DNA of 52,371 nucleotides from Candidatus Omnitrophota bacterium (GCA_043798795.1 JAZDOJ010000037.1:1-52371), one strand, 5' to 3'; counted from the stretch's first letter, positions 21,838-30,652 are shown. Translations and numbers: made by a program. Notes: generated by a model from the letters alone, not told the origin.

Positions 21838-23607
21838 ATGGCCCTTATTCCCGACAATATTTTAGACGATATCTTAAGCCGCATCAATATCGTTGAGCTG
21901 ATTTCTAACTACGTGCCGCTTAAGAAGGCCGGCAGGAATTTTAAGGCCTCCTGCCCTTTTCATCACGAAAAGACGCCTTCTTTCATGGTGTCCCCGGACC
22001 GTCAGATTTTTCATTGCTTTGGCTGCGGTGAATCAGGCAATGCCTTTAAATTCCTCATGCGGTATGAGCGCCTCGAATTCCTGGAGGCCGTGGAGTTCCT
22101 GGCGAAAAAAGCAGGCATTCCGCTGCCGAAGGCAAACAGCCAGGAATCTAAAACCGCAAGCCTCAGCACCCAGCTTTATAAAATTAATGAATTAGCCGCC
22201 CAGTATTATGAGCAGAATCTTAAAGGGCCTGTTGGAGCTAAGCCCAAAGAATATTTATTAAAACGCGGCATCAGCGAGGAAACGATAAAAGCCTTCAGGT
22301 TAGGCCTGGCTTTGGACCGTTGGGAAGGCTTGAGTGCTGCCTTAAGGGCAAAGAACTATAACCTTTCTTTGCTGGAAAAAGCAGGGCTCATCCTTGCCAA
22401 AGAAGAGGGTGGATTCTACGATAGATTTCGTAACCGTATTATGCTACCCATATGCGATATCAGATCCCGGGTGGTTGGTTTCGGCGCCAGAGTGCTGGAT
22501 GACTCCTTGCCGAAATATATCAATTCTCCGGAGACGCCTCTTTATGTGAAGGGCAGGAATCTTTACGGCTTTCATCTGGCGAAGGACAGTATCCGCGATA
22601 AAGATTTTGTGGTTATCGTAGAAGGCTACCTGGATTTCCTCATTCCCTATCAGGCCGGCCTGAAAAATATCGCGGCTTCCCTGGGAACGGCTTTGACGTG
22701 CGACCAGGCAAGGCTTCTCAAAAGATATACGCCGAATGTGGTCATGGTGTATGATGCGGATGCGGCGGGAGAGCTGGCCACCTTAAGAAGCCTGGATATA
22801 TTCATCGAAGAAGAGATGAATGTCAGGGTCGTCTCGCTCCCAAAGGGATTTGACCCTGATCTGTACGTGCGTAAGCACGGCATCCAGTCTCTGGAAGAAA
22901 AGATAGCCGGCGCCGTTGACCTCTTTGATTACAAGCTCCAGGTTTTAAAATCGCGTTTTAATTATCGCAAGATAGAAGATAAGGTTAGAATTGCAAGCTC
23001 CATGCTTGAGACGATCCATAAGATCAAGAATGCGGTCCTGAAGTCAGAGTATATCAGAAAGCTGGCACATGATCTGGATATCCAAGAGGAAGCGCTGCTT
23101 GAGGAGATAAAAAAGATAGGCTTTCCTAAGTCTTACGCGAGTTTTGGGGAGGAAGTTCCTAAGAGAGCGTCAACGCCGATAAACCCGACGGAAAAGTTGC
23201 TCATCAAGCTGATGCTTGAAGAAAATGAGCTGATGGACTACATAAGAAAGAATTTGGAGCCGGCTGATTTTCAGGATGAAAGGGCCTGTCGCATCGTGTC
23301 CATCCTGTTTGACCTGGTCGAGCAGGGCAAACAGGTGGAGCCTGCATCTCTCATGAACCGCCTCAGCGACGAATTTAGCGCCCAGATGGTTTGCGAATCG
23401 ATGTTTTTACCGGAGAGCCCCTCCCACGAACAGAAAGAGGCCATGGCGATGGATTGCGTCAGGCGGCTGAAGAGCGAAAGGATGAAACTTAAGAGGCAAT
23501 CCCTTCATGAGCAGATTAAGGCTGCGCAACAGACAGGGGATGAAGAAAGATTGGGCCGATTAATAGAGGAATTTGATTGTCTCATCAAACAGAGGAAAGA
23601 CCCATGA
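21838..23607 (+). CDS. dnaG: DNA primase
   Basis: Zinc-binding [19 protein letters not shown] and the TOPRIM region ([16 protein letters not shown]). Confidence 0.95.
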   Translation: MALIPDNILDDILSRINIVELISNYVPLKKAGRNFKASCPFHHEKTPSFMVSPDRQIFHCFGCGESGNAFKFLMRYERLEFLEAVEFLAKKAGIPLPKANSQESKTASLSTQLYKINELAAQYYEQNLKGPVGAKPKEYLLKRGISEETIKAFRLGLALDRWEGLSAALRAKNYNLSLLEKAGLILAKEEGGFYDRFRNRIMLPICDIRSRVVGFGARVLDDSLPKYINSPETPLYVKGRNLYGFHLAKDSIRDKDFVVIVEGYLDFLIPYQAGLKNIAASLGTALTCDQARLLKRYTPNVVMVYDADAAGELATLRSLDIFIEEEMNVRVVSLPKGFDPDLYVRKHGIQSLEEKIAGAVDLFDYKLQVLKSRFNYRKIEDKVRIASSMLETIHKIKNAVLKSEYIRKLAHDLDIQEEALLEEIKKIGFPKSYASFGEEVPKRASTPINPTEKLLIKLMLEENELMDYIRKNLEPADFQDERACRIVSILFDLVEQGKQVEPASLMNRLSDEFSAQMVCESMFLPESPSHEQKEAMAMDCVRRLKSERMKLKRQSLHEQIKAAQQTGDEERLGRLIEEFDCLIKQRKDP

Positions 23608-25136
23608 AGAAAAAAGAGCACGCGAATAAGGAAATGGAAAAGATTATTGCTCTGGGTCGGCAGAAGGGGTTTCTGACCTATGACGAAGTCAACGATATGC
23701 TGCCGCAGGATGTATCTTCCTCGGAGGAGATCGATCGTCTGTTCCAGATACTGGGGAATGAAGATATCCAGCTGATCGAGCATGGGGATGAGAAGCCCGT
23801 GGAAAAGCAGGCGCCTGCCTTAAGGGAGGAGATGTTAATGCAGGAACAACTTAAGGCCGAGGAGCGCTTTCTGCCTCTGGATGATCCGGTCAAGATGTAT
23901 CTGAAACAGATGGGTTCTATATCGTTACTCTCCCGGGAAAATGAAATAGAGTTGGCGAAAAGGATCGAAGAGGCGGAGGAGAAATTCAAGCGGGCGAGCC
24001 TTGCGACAAAATTTGTCCGCAACGAAGTCTTATCCGTTGCCATGGATATCCTGGAGGGCCGGATCAACTTAGAGGAAGTAGTTAAAGAGGATATCAAGGC
24101 CAAGAAGACGAATTGTTTCCATAAGATCAGAAGGACCGTGAAGCGGCTTAAATACAGGCGAGGTGCACAGGAAACGATTAACCTGTTTTTAAGCTTTAAT
24201 TTTACGACTTCCGTTATCGAAATGGCGGTGCGTCGACTCAAAAAAACTTTGAAAGAATTCGATGCCACGCGAAACCGCAACAAAAGGGATAGACTGCGTA
24301 AGCGCGCCCTGCTTCGGAGCCTGGGGGAATCCGTTCTTAAAATAAAAGAACAGATGAAGGCAGTTAAAGGGACTCATCTTAAGTTTAACCGCACGAAGAA
24401 AAAACTGGTCGAAGCAAACCTTAGGCTCGTGGTAAGCATTGCGAAGAAATACACGAACAGGGGCCTTTCCTTTCTGGACCTGATCCAGGAGGGTAACATC
24501 GGGTTGATGCGGGCGGTTGAGAAATTCGAGTACAAAAGAGGGTACAAGTTTTCGACTTATGCCACTTGGTGGATCCGGCAGGCCATTACCCGCTCCATTG
24601 CGGACCAGGCGCGCACCATTCGGATTCCCGTCCACATGACGGAGACCATCAATAAAATCATCCGATTTTCTAGAATCTTCATCCAGCAGAACGGCCGGGA
24701 GCCCTTGCCCGAAGAGATCGCCGCAAAAATGAGGCTGCCGCAGGACAAGGTGAAGGGTATTCTTAAGATTGCCCAGGAGCCGATCTCTTTACAGATGCCT
24801 ATCGGGGATGAAGGGGATACGCATTTCGGAGATTTTATCCAGGATAAAAAAGCTGTCTCTCCGGCGAACGAGACCGTTCGCTCCATGCTAAAAGAAGAGA
24901 TGAACTCTGCTCTAAGCACGCTGACCGAGCGGGAAAAGAAGATACTGGTTTTGCGTTTCGGTATTCTCGACGGTTGCCCGCGTACCTTGGAAGAGGTGGG
25001 TAATATTTTTAAGGTCACCCGCGAGAGGGTCAGGCAAATCGAAGCCAAGGCCCTTAAGAAGTTGAGGCACCCGACGCGCTCCCGACGCTTAAGAACTTTT
25101 CTGGATATGACCTTGGCCCACCAGAGGGAATATTAA
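23604..25136 (+). CDS. rpoD: RNA polymerase primary sigma factor
   Basis: Regions 1.1 to 4.2 are recognisable ([39 protein letters not shown]; [30 protein letters not shown]). ATGA overlap with the dnaG stop. Confidence 0.97.
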   Translation: MKKKEHANKEMEKIIALGRQKGFLTYDEVNDMLPQDVSSSEEIDRLFQILGNEDIQLIEHGDEKPVEKQAPALREEMLMQEQLKAEERFLPLDDPVKMYLKQMGSISLLSRENEIELAKRIEEAEEKFKRASLATKFVRNEVLSVAMDILEGRINLEEVVKEDIKAKKTNCFHKIRRTVKRLKYRRGAQETINLFLSFNFTTSVIEMAVRRLKKTLKEFDATRNRNKRDRLRKRALLRSLGESVLKIKEQMKAVKGTHLKFNRTKKKLVEANLRLVVSIAKKYTNRGLSFLDLIQEGNIGLMRAVEKFEYKRGYKFSTYATWWIRQAITRSIADQARTIRIPVHMTETINKIIRFSRIFIQQNGREPLPEEIAAKMRLPQDKVKGILKIAQEPISLQMPIGDEGDTHFGDFIQDKKAVSPANETVRSMLKEEMNSALSTLTEREKKILVLRFGILDGCPRTLEEVGNIFKVTRERVRQIEAKALKKLRHPTRSRRLRTFLDMTLAHQREY

Positions 25137-25166
25137 CCCCCGTTGATATTTAAAGGAGTCGTTTCG

Positions 25167-25328
25167 ATGAAGATAGCCTTAGGCATTATCATCGGCGCAT
25201 GTATTGGGTATGCGCTAGGGTTTTGGGGCAGGTGTTCATCCGGAGTCTGCCCTTTGACCAGTAATCCCTATATAAGCAGCGTGATCGGAGCGCTATTAGG
25301 CGCTATCCTCATGATGCATAAGCGCTAA
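25167..25328 (+). CDS. Small two-helix membrane protein, unknown function
   Basis: 53 aa with two Gly-rich hydrophobic helices flanking CSSGVC. ATG preceded by AAAGGAG. Confidence 0.5.
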   Translation: MKIALGIIIGACIGYALGFWGRCSSGVCPLTSNPYISSVIGALLGAILMMHKR

Positions 25329-25338
25329 AGCTGACAAA

Positions 25339-25848
25339 ATGGAAATATTAGCATTAACAATCTTAATCCTGTTTAGCCTGGTCGGCTTTGTCGCCATTTT
25401 TTTCACTACCTTCGGCACGCTTATTATTCTGGTCGGGTCTCTATTTTATGCTTTTGTCACGGAATTTTCCGTCCTTGGCCCGAAAACTCTTCTTGTTCTG
25501 TTGGTTCTTTACCTTGTGGGAGAGGTGCTCGAATATGTTTTTATCATTGTGGGAGCCAAGAAATTCGGCGCCTCCAATGCGGCGATTGTCGGTGCCATTA
25601 TAGGTGGGATTGTCGGCGCTATCGCAGGAGTCAGTTTCTTAGGGATAGGCCTATTTTTGGGCACTCTTTTCGGTTTATTTCTCGGTGCTTTCCTGGTCGA
25701 GCTTATTATCCAAAAAGACCTTATCCGTTCGCTCAAGGCAGGGGCAGGCAGCGTCCTGGGAAGGCTCGGCTCTGTATTTGCCAAAGTCCTTATCGCCATA
25801 GCGATGTTTGCCGTCATGGCTGTTTCACTAACCAAATATCCCCGTTAG
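25339..25848 (+). CDS. DUF456-family membrane protein
   Basis: Polytopic and Gly-rich, with a GAKKFGASNAAIVGAIIGGIVG segment typical of DUF456. Confidence 0.6.
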   Translation: MEILALTILILFSLVGFVAIFFTTFGTLIILVGSLFYAFVTEFSVLGPKTLLVLLVLYLVGEVLEYVFIIVGAKKFGASNAAIVGAIIGGIVGAIAGVSFLGIGLFLGTLFGLFLGAFLVELIIQKDLIRSLKAGAGSVLGRLGSVFAKVLIAIAMFAVMAVSLTKYPR

Positions 25849-25933
25849 ATTCCCCTTTCCCGCGTCTATCAAATCTCTAAAAACCCTTTACTATCTTGAA
25901 ATGAAAGTGGTATAATTTAAAAAAGGTAACGGT

Positions 25934-26341
25934 ATGAAAAGAGCATTTCTTTTATTGTTATGTTTAGGATTATCCGGCTGTGCGACGAATGCAAAATACG
26001 AAGCGAAATTGAATACCTGGATTGGCGCAAGTGAAGGTGATCTGATTGCTGCTTGGGGAGTTCCGGATAAGGTCTATCATATGAATGACGGTAAAAAGGC
26101 CATTGAATTTGTACGTAAAGATACTATTCAAACCGGTGGCTATACCTATACGGTGCCACGAACAACTTATCAGACGGGCGCTATCGGAGACCAGCCTTAT
26201 AGCGGAACGTCCACTGAATATGTAACAGAAACAGCCCCCTTTCAGAAGTATAAAATATATTGCAAGACAAGTTTTATCATAAACGCAAATGGAAAAATTG
26301 GCAGTTGGCACCACGAAGGAAACAATTGTGTTTCTCAATAA
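25934..26341 (+). CDS. Lipoprotein, unknown function
   Basis: Signal peptide with lipobox LSGC. Confidence 0.6.
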   Translation: MKRAFLLLLCLGLSGCATNAKYEAKLNTWIGASEGDLIAAWGVPDKVYHMNDGKKAIEFVRKDTIQTGGYTYTVPRTTYQTGAIGDQPYSGTSTEYVTETAPFQKYKIYCKTSFIINANGKIGSWHHEGNNCVSQ

Positions 26342-26347
26342 GTAAGA

Positions 26348-26869
26348 ATGCGAAAGAAGGTCTTCTTAACTTTGTTACTGGTTTTTGAACTTGCAACCTT
26401 AGGCATGATCAATAAGGCAGAAGGGGGTGTCGCTATGAAAACATCTAGTCCTGAGTTTGAGAATAACCAGTTAATCCCTAAGAAGTTTACTTGCCAGGGG
26501 AAGAATATCAATCCAACCTTAATCATTGAGGATATACCGCAGGGGGCCATAAGTTTGGCATTGATCGTTGACGACCCTGACGCTCCAATGGGGATGTGGG
26601 TCCACTGGGTTGTTTTTGACATTCCCATTGTGAACCGTATAGAGGAAAACAGTATTCCGGGAAAGCAGGGGAGTAACGATTTTGGCAGGAAGGATTATGG
26701 GGGTCCCTGTCCGCCTTCCGGGACCCATCGTTACTTCTTCAAAATATACGCCCTGGATACCATGCTTAACCTTCCAGAAGGGATGAGCAAGAAAGAATTA
26801 GAGAGAGTCATGGAGGCGCATATATTAGACAAAGCAGAGCTCATCGGATTATATAAAAAAGAGAGATAA
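26348..26869 (+). CDS. YbhB/YbcL (PEBP, Raf-kinase-inhibitor-like) family protein, exported
   Basis: DDPDAP....WVHWVVFDI...GGPCPPSGTHRYFFKIYALD. Confidence 0.85.
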   Translation: MRKKVFLTLLLVFELATLGMINKAEGGVAMKTSSPEFENNQLIPKKFTCQGKNINPTLIIEDIPQGAISLALIVDDPDAPMGMWVHWVVFDIPIVNRIEENSIPGKQGSNDFGRKDYGGPCPPSGTHRYFFKIYALDTMLNLPEGMSKKELERVMEAHILDKAELIGLYKKER

Positions 26870-26898
26870 CGTTCTTCAAAGCCTTAAACCTAAGCCAA

Positions 26899-27000
26899 GA
26901 CCGTTTCTTCCGAGCCCTATATAATAGAAATGAGTTTTGTCAGAAGTGTCCCCTGGGGGGGGGCACTTCAATAGTAACTGTTAGTAATTATTAAGGATGT
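26899..27000 (+). repeat. Intergenic repeat, copy A (paralogue of 29422..29515)
   Basis: Roughly 70-75 percent identity by eye over about 100 nt with copy B. Shared blocks are GACCGYTTCTTCCGARCC, TTTTGTYAGAA and GTCCCCTGGG. Contains an 11-bp hairpin GAAGTGTCCCC/GGGGGGCACTTC with a G9 run. Confidence 0.75.
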
Positions 27001-27117
27001 ACGGGTTTTTGTAATTTTTAGCAGGCTAAAAATTGTTTGCAATTCTGGAATTTATGATAGAATAGGTCATAGAAAGTTTTGGTTAAAGTAAAATATACTA
27101 GAAAAGGAGGAGAAAAG

Positions 27118-27432
27118 ATGACATGCAGAAAGATAACATTCGCAGTTCTAGGTTTAGCCGTAGCTACTTTTTTAACAGTCGGCTGCGAAGATCTTGGGAA
27201 AAGCAAACAGTTGGAAAATGAAAATGCCCGGTTGAATCAACTCATTCTGCAAAAAGATGCTTCACTAAACACGCTTACTGAGCAAGCACAAGCAAAACAA
27301 ACAGAATTAGAAGCTGTTAAAAATGAACTTGGTAGTACTAAAAAAGAATTAGATAGCGTGAAAATAAAGTTGGATGGCGTAAATAAAAAGCTCAATGATT
27401 TAACGGCTACGCCAGTAGTGCCGAATAACTAA
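27118..27432 (+). CDS. Coiled-coil lipoprotein, unknown function
   Basis: Lipobox LTVGC followed by heptad-rich sequence. RBS GGAGGAG. Start taken at the internal ATG. Confidence 0.6.
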   Translation: MTCRKITFAVLGLAVATFLTVGCEDLGKSKQLENENARLNQLILQKDASLNTLTEQAQAKQTELEAVKNELGSTKKELDSVKIKLDGVNKKLNDLTATPVVPNN

Positions 27433-27463
27433 TTTAAGCTAATAAGTTTCAATAAAAGCAATT

Positions 27464-27496
27464 AAAGGGCTGAATTTAGCTATTCAGCCCTTTTTG
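27464..27496 (+). terminator. Rho-independent terminator
   Basis: AAAGGGCTGAAT-loop-ATTCAGCCCTTTTT. Confidence 0.8.
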
Positions 27497-27636
27497 TTTC
27501 AAATGAACTTTAAATCAGCCTTTACAGACCAAAGGGGAGGCGTATAATAAAATTCCAGCCACAAACAGGTTGAGGCATAAAAAAGGTAGCTAATAGTTAA
27601 AAAGTCTATCTGGGCGATCAGAACGCTGAGGGAGAA

Positions 27637-27888
27637 ATGAGGAAGAATAAGGCAGGTTTTATGTTTTTAGAACTTTTGTTGGCCCTTGCGATAATGATGT
27701 TTATTGCCTTCAAAGTATTTAACTTGTATTTTAAGAAACCCTCCTTAAACGAAGAGACGCAAAAAGTCATATCAGAACAAGGCATAGATACCACAAGTCC
27801 TAAATTATTTATAGACAGCACCAAAAAAAGGTTACAGGATATTCAAGACCAACGTATGGAGATGCTGAGCAATATAACAGATGAATGA
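27637..27888 (+). CDS. Minimal prepilin-like (type IV pilin/pseudopilin N-terminus) protein, 83 aa
   Basis: MRKNKAG|FMFLELLLALAIMMFIA: G-F..LE with Glu at +5 and a hydrophobic helix, matching the prepilin cleavage/methylation pattern. There is almost no globular domain. Confidence 0.45.
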   Translation: MRKNKAGFMFLELLLALAIMMFIAFKVFNLYFKKPSLNEETQKVISEQGIDTTSPKLFIDSTKKRLQDIQDQRMEMLSNITDE

Positions 27889-28069
27889 AAAACAATTAAC
27901 AGTTGCCTGGGTGAGGGTGGGTGCAGCAAAAAGCTTTCATTTTTCTAACTTTTTCTACCAGAATGTCCTCCCCCAGTCACCCCTTAATCTAATCCTAAAC
28001 TCGTTCGCTAAATCACCTACCATCTTGAAATGGAAGTGGTATAATTAGGAAGTAGGAAAGTGAAGAATA

Positions 28070-28738
28070 ATGAAAATTAAAGTAGCAATTTTTATACTTA
28101 TTTTTATTGCGAGTATAATTAACCATGCTTTCGCCGTTTTACCGCAGAAAGAAATGCTTGGGGATACATTGGCAGAAACTGGTACAAGCACAGAAAACGG
28201 GAGTCGTCAAATCAAAGTTGGAGAAGAGACAAAAGAAACAGAAGACCTAAAGACGAGAAGAGAAGAATTGATGCAAAAAAACCTGGAAGGTGAGCTGATA
28301 TGTGATTTAAATTATGGTTTACTGGGTGATTTAAGAATAGGTGACTATGCGAATATAACAGAGGTAAAAGAAGTTATTAAAGAGTCTCCAGTTTACAATA
28401 AATTTTTTAGTAATACTGGCGTAGCCGTTATTTTAGGAGAAAATTTAGTGACGAATGAAGAAAGAATATACATGATTATTATTTATCCCAGCGGTATGAA
28501 CTTTTTTTGGAATCCAGTGGAGTCCTTTAAAGGTAAGATAGTCCCTGAACTTAACGAAAACGATACTGTTGAGTCTATTAGAGGAAAATTTGGCTCTCCC
28601 AATAAGATAGAAAAAGTGTTTAGTAATGCTGTGTATGTCTATAATAAACCATATGGTAAGCTTTCGTTTGGATTTAAAGAAAAAGAAGAAGAAGGAAAAC
28701 TATTGTATATTACGATGGGACCCTTAACATTGCCCTAA
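28070..28738 (+). CDS. Secreted hypothetical protein
   Basis: Signal peptide (IFILIFIASIINHAFA). No recognisable motifs. AT-rich codon usage. Confidence 0.5.
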   Translation: MKIKVAIFILIFIASIINHAFAVLPQKEMLGDTLAETGTSTENGSRQIKVGEETKETEDLKTRREELMQKNLEGELICDLNYGLLGDLRIGDYANITEVKEVIKESPVYNKFFSNTGVAVILGENLVTNEERIYMIIIYPSGMNFFWNPVESFKGKIVPELNENDTVESIRGKFGSPNKIEKVFSNAVYVYNKPYGKLSFGFKEKEEEGKLLYITMGPLTLP

Positions 28739-28833
28739 ATTAGCCCTTTACAGTTCAAATGACTAGAGTATAATATTTTAATTACCACTGCGGAGGTGGT
28801 AATATGAGGTTTAAATAGGTTAAATTTAGAAGG

Positions 28834-28862
28834 CAACTCTCTAAAGAAGGGAGTTGTTTTTT
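28834..28862 (+). terminator. Rho-independent terminator-like hairpin 20 nt upstream of the PilZ start codon
   Basis: CAACTCTC-TAAAGAA-GGGAGTTG followed by T6. Confidence 0.65.
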
Positions 28863-28881
28863 GTTTGGGGGTGAGCGTAAG

Positions 28882-29268
28882 ATGGGTTTATTTAGGCCAC
28901 CATCATCAGAAAGCAAAGAAGAGCGTCGTAGATACCTTCGCATAAAGCATTTTATAAGGGTAAATTATCAGATTGGAAACGATACCTTGCGTTCAGACTG
29001 TCGCACTACGGATATCTCTGAAGGAGGAATACGCCTTAATCTATATCAAAAACTTACAGCTGGGACCACTTTAAAATTATATATTTACTTCCAAGGTGCT
29101 ATGGAACCCATCTTGATCCTTGGGAAGGTCGTTTCGATAAGATACACACCTGACAAAGACTATCCGCTTGATGCAGGGATAGAGTTTGATTTTCTTGACT
29201 CCTCTTCCCGCCCTAGAATTAAAAATCTCATTCGAAGCATAATCAATGAGAAGAATAAAGAAAATTGA
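28882..29268 (+). CDS. Stand-alone PilZ-domain c-di-GMP receptor
   Basis: RRxxxR (RRRYLR) and DxSxxG (DISEGG) motifs with normal spacing. SD GGGGTGA upstream of the ATG. Confidence 0.85.
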   Translation: MGLFRPPSSESKEERRRYLRIKHFIRVNYQIGNDTLRSDCRTTDISEGGIRLNLYQKLTAGTTLKLYIYFQGAMEPILILGKVVSIRYTPDKDYPLDAGIEFDFLDSSSRPRIKNLIRSIINEKNKEN

Positions 29269-29325
29269 GATTTAAAATGAATAAAGAACAATAAACAGTT
29301 AGTTGGGGAGGATAGTTAAATTTAA

Positions 29326-29366
29326 AAGGCAACTCTCTAAATTAAATGGGAGGCTGCCTTTTTTAT
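29326..29366 (+). terminator. Terminator after the PilZ gene (shares a 27-nt block with the hairpin at 28819..28862)
   Basis: AAGGCA....TGCCTTTTTTATTTTT. The block GTTAAATTTARAAGGCAACTCTCTAAA is repeated at 28819..28845 and 29315..29341 (26/27 identical). Confidence 0.55.
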
Positions 29367-29421
29367 TTTTAAAAGCAGACATTTATGAAGAAAATAGGGG
29401 ACGGTTCTGTTCAAATTTTAT

Positions 29422-29515
29422 GACCGCTTCTTCCGAACCTTCTATATAGTAAGGAATTTTGTTAGAAACGTCCCCTGGGACAGTTCCATTGTAAATGTTT
29501 GATATTGTTGAGGAA
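29422..29515 (+). repeat. Intergenic repeat, copy B (paralogue of 26899..27000)
   Basis: See copy A. Same orientation. The hairpin is retained with two mismatches. Confidence 0.75.
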
Positions 29516-29662
29516 ATTTAAAAACGGTCTTTAGGAGGGGATGTCAGGATGTTTTGAAAGGGCTTTCCGCAACGGTTTGAAAACACCTTGAAAACAATCG
29601 GTTTATAGCGCAAACTATGAAGAGAGCCGTAGGATGTATAAAAACCAAGAGGGTCACTTGGC

Positions 29663-30148
29663 ATGAAAAAAATAAGGTTTACTTCCGAGCGCATAGGAGA
29701 GCTTCTAGTCAAGGCAGGAATTATAACTAAGAAGCAGCTTAATAGAGCATTAAAAATCCATAAGCATAATTCCAGCTATATCGGAGATGTACTTATAAAA
29801 TGTAATTTTGCCAAGGAAGAAGATGTTGTCTCGGCTTTGATGGCCCAATATCATTTTCCCTATATTCCTTTAGAAAATTATAATATTGATTTAGAAGTCC
29901 TTAATATAATTCCAGAAGAGATTGCCCGTAAATATCTTGTCATACCCCTTGATAGGGTAGGAAAATGTTTCACGGTGGCAATGGCAGATCCTCTGGATGA
30001 ACAAGCAGTCGTTGAAATAGAGACATTATCACACTGTCATGTTGAAATATTTATTGCTACACCTTCAGATATTGAAAACAATATCACAAAGTATTATTCG
30101 GTTGAAAAATACTCAACCTTATTTCCCAGCCATCACAAGTACGGTTAA
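29663..30148 (+). CDS. Stand-alone MshEN (T2SSE_N) domain protein, putative c-di-GMP receptor
   Basis: Tandem 24-residue MshEN-type motifs: RIGELLVKAGIITKKQLNRALKIH and YIGDVLIKCNFAKEEDVVSALMAQ, compared with RLGxxLLxxGLLxxxxLxxxLxxQ. No ATPase domain follows. Confidence 0.75.
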   Translation: MKKIRFTSERIGELLVKAGIITKKQLNRALKIHKHNSSYIGDVLIKCNFAKEEDVVSALMAQYHFPYIPLENYNIDLEVLNIIPEEIARKYLVIPLDRVGKCFTVAMADPLDEQAVVEIETLSHCHVEIFIATPSDIENNITKYYSVEKYSTLFPSHHKYG

Positions 30149-30218
30149 CAACATGAAGTCTGTGAGTTGAAAACTCCCCGAAAACATTTATAGCATAAGC
30201 CCCCTTTTCACTTTTCCC

Positions 30219-30247
30219 TTGCCAAAGACCCCTTAAAATAGTATATT
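30219..30247 (+). promoter_or_regulatory. Candidate sigma70 promoter of the tRNA cluster (TTGCCA-17-TATATT)
   Basis: Hexamers at 30219..30224 and 30242..30247 with 17-nt spacing. This would give a leader of about 130 nt. Confidence 0.45.
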
Positions 30248-30382
30248 ATAGGTCTAAGCTTAGGATGCTCATAGCTTAAGATTTGGCTATGGGCAGGAAG
30301 TCTCCCTCGCAGCTTTTGGTTGTTTGATGGCTGCTCGGGGTCAATTTGCCTGCAATCTACGGAGTCTGCAAATTGAAATTTT

Positions 30383-30454
30383 GGGCCCATAGCTCAGTGG
30401 TAGAGCAGGTGACTCATAATCACTTGGTCGGAGGTCCGAGTCCTTCTGGGCCCA
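30383..30454 (+). tRNA. tRNA with CAT anticodon (elongator Met or Ile2)
   Basis: Cloverleaf: acceptor GGGCCCA/TGGGCCC, D arm GCTC..GAGC and anticodon loop CTCATAA. The T loop reads TCCGAGT (C at position 55). No encoded CCA. It lacks initiator features. Confidence 0.85.
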
Positions 30455-30463
30455 GCGGATTCA

Positions 30464-30537
30464 GGGCGCATAGCTCAGTTGGTTAGAGCGCTACACTCAC
30501 ATTGTAGAGGTCGAAGGTTCAAGTCCTTCTGCGCCCA
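30464..30537 (+). tRNA. tRNA-Val (CAC)
   Basis: Acceptor GGGCGCA/TGCGCCC, anticodon stem CTACA/TGTAG with loop CTCACAT, and T arm GAAGG-TTCAAGT-CCTTC. Confidence 0.92.
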
Positions 30538-30549
30538 CTTTAAGAAAAA

Positions 30550-30652
30550 GGGTGCAGGCCATAGGTTCTCCCGCCAGGCTATTTCTGAGTACGGGCGGGA
30601 TCCCGCCAGCGCGTTTGAGGGATAGGGGCGGGAAGTCCTATTGCGCCCACCA
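30550..30652 (+). ncRNA. tRNA-Val-derived structured element (acceptor-like stem + two tandem 7-bp hairpins + encoded ACCA)
   Basis: GGGTGCA (30550..56) pairs with TGCGCCC (30642..48), followed by ACCA. The last 18 nt (AAGTCCTATTGCGCCCAC) match the tRNA-Val 3' end at 16/18. The interior is two adjacent TCCCGCC-loop-GGCGGGA hairpins. Confidence 0.3.

Noticed and set aside
28819-29341. Integron-like gene cassette (GTTAAAT resembles a GTTRRRY core site flanking the PilZ gene)
   Set aside because: There is no integrase, no matching inverse core site and no attC-like extended imperfect palindrome. The repeats are better explained as duplicated terminator modules.
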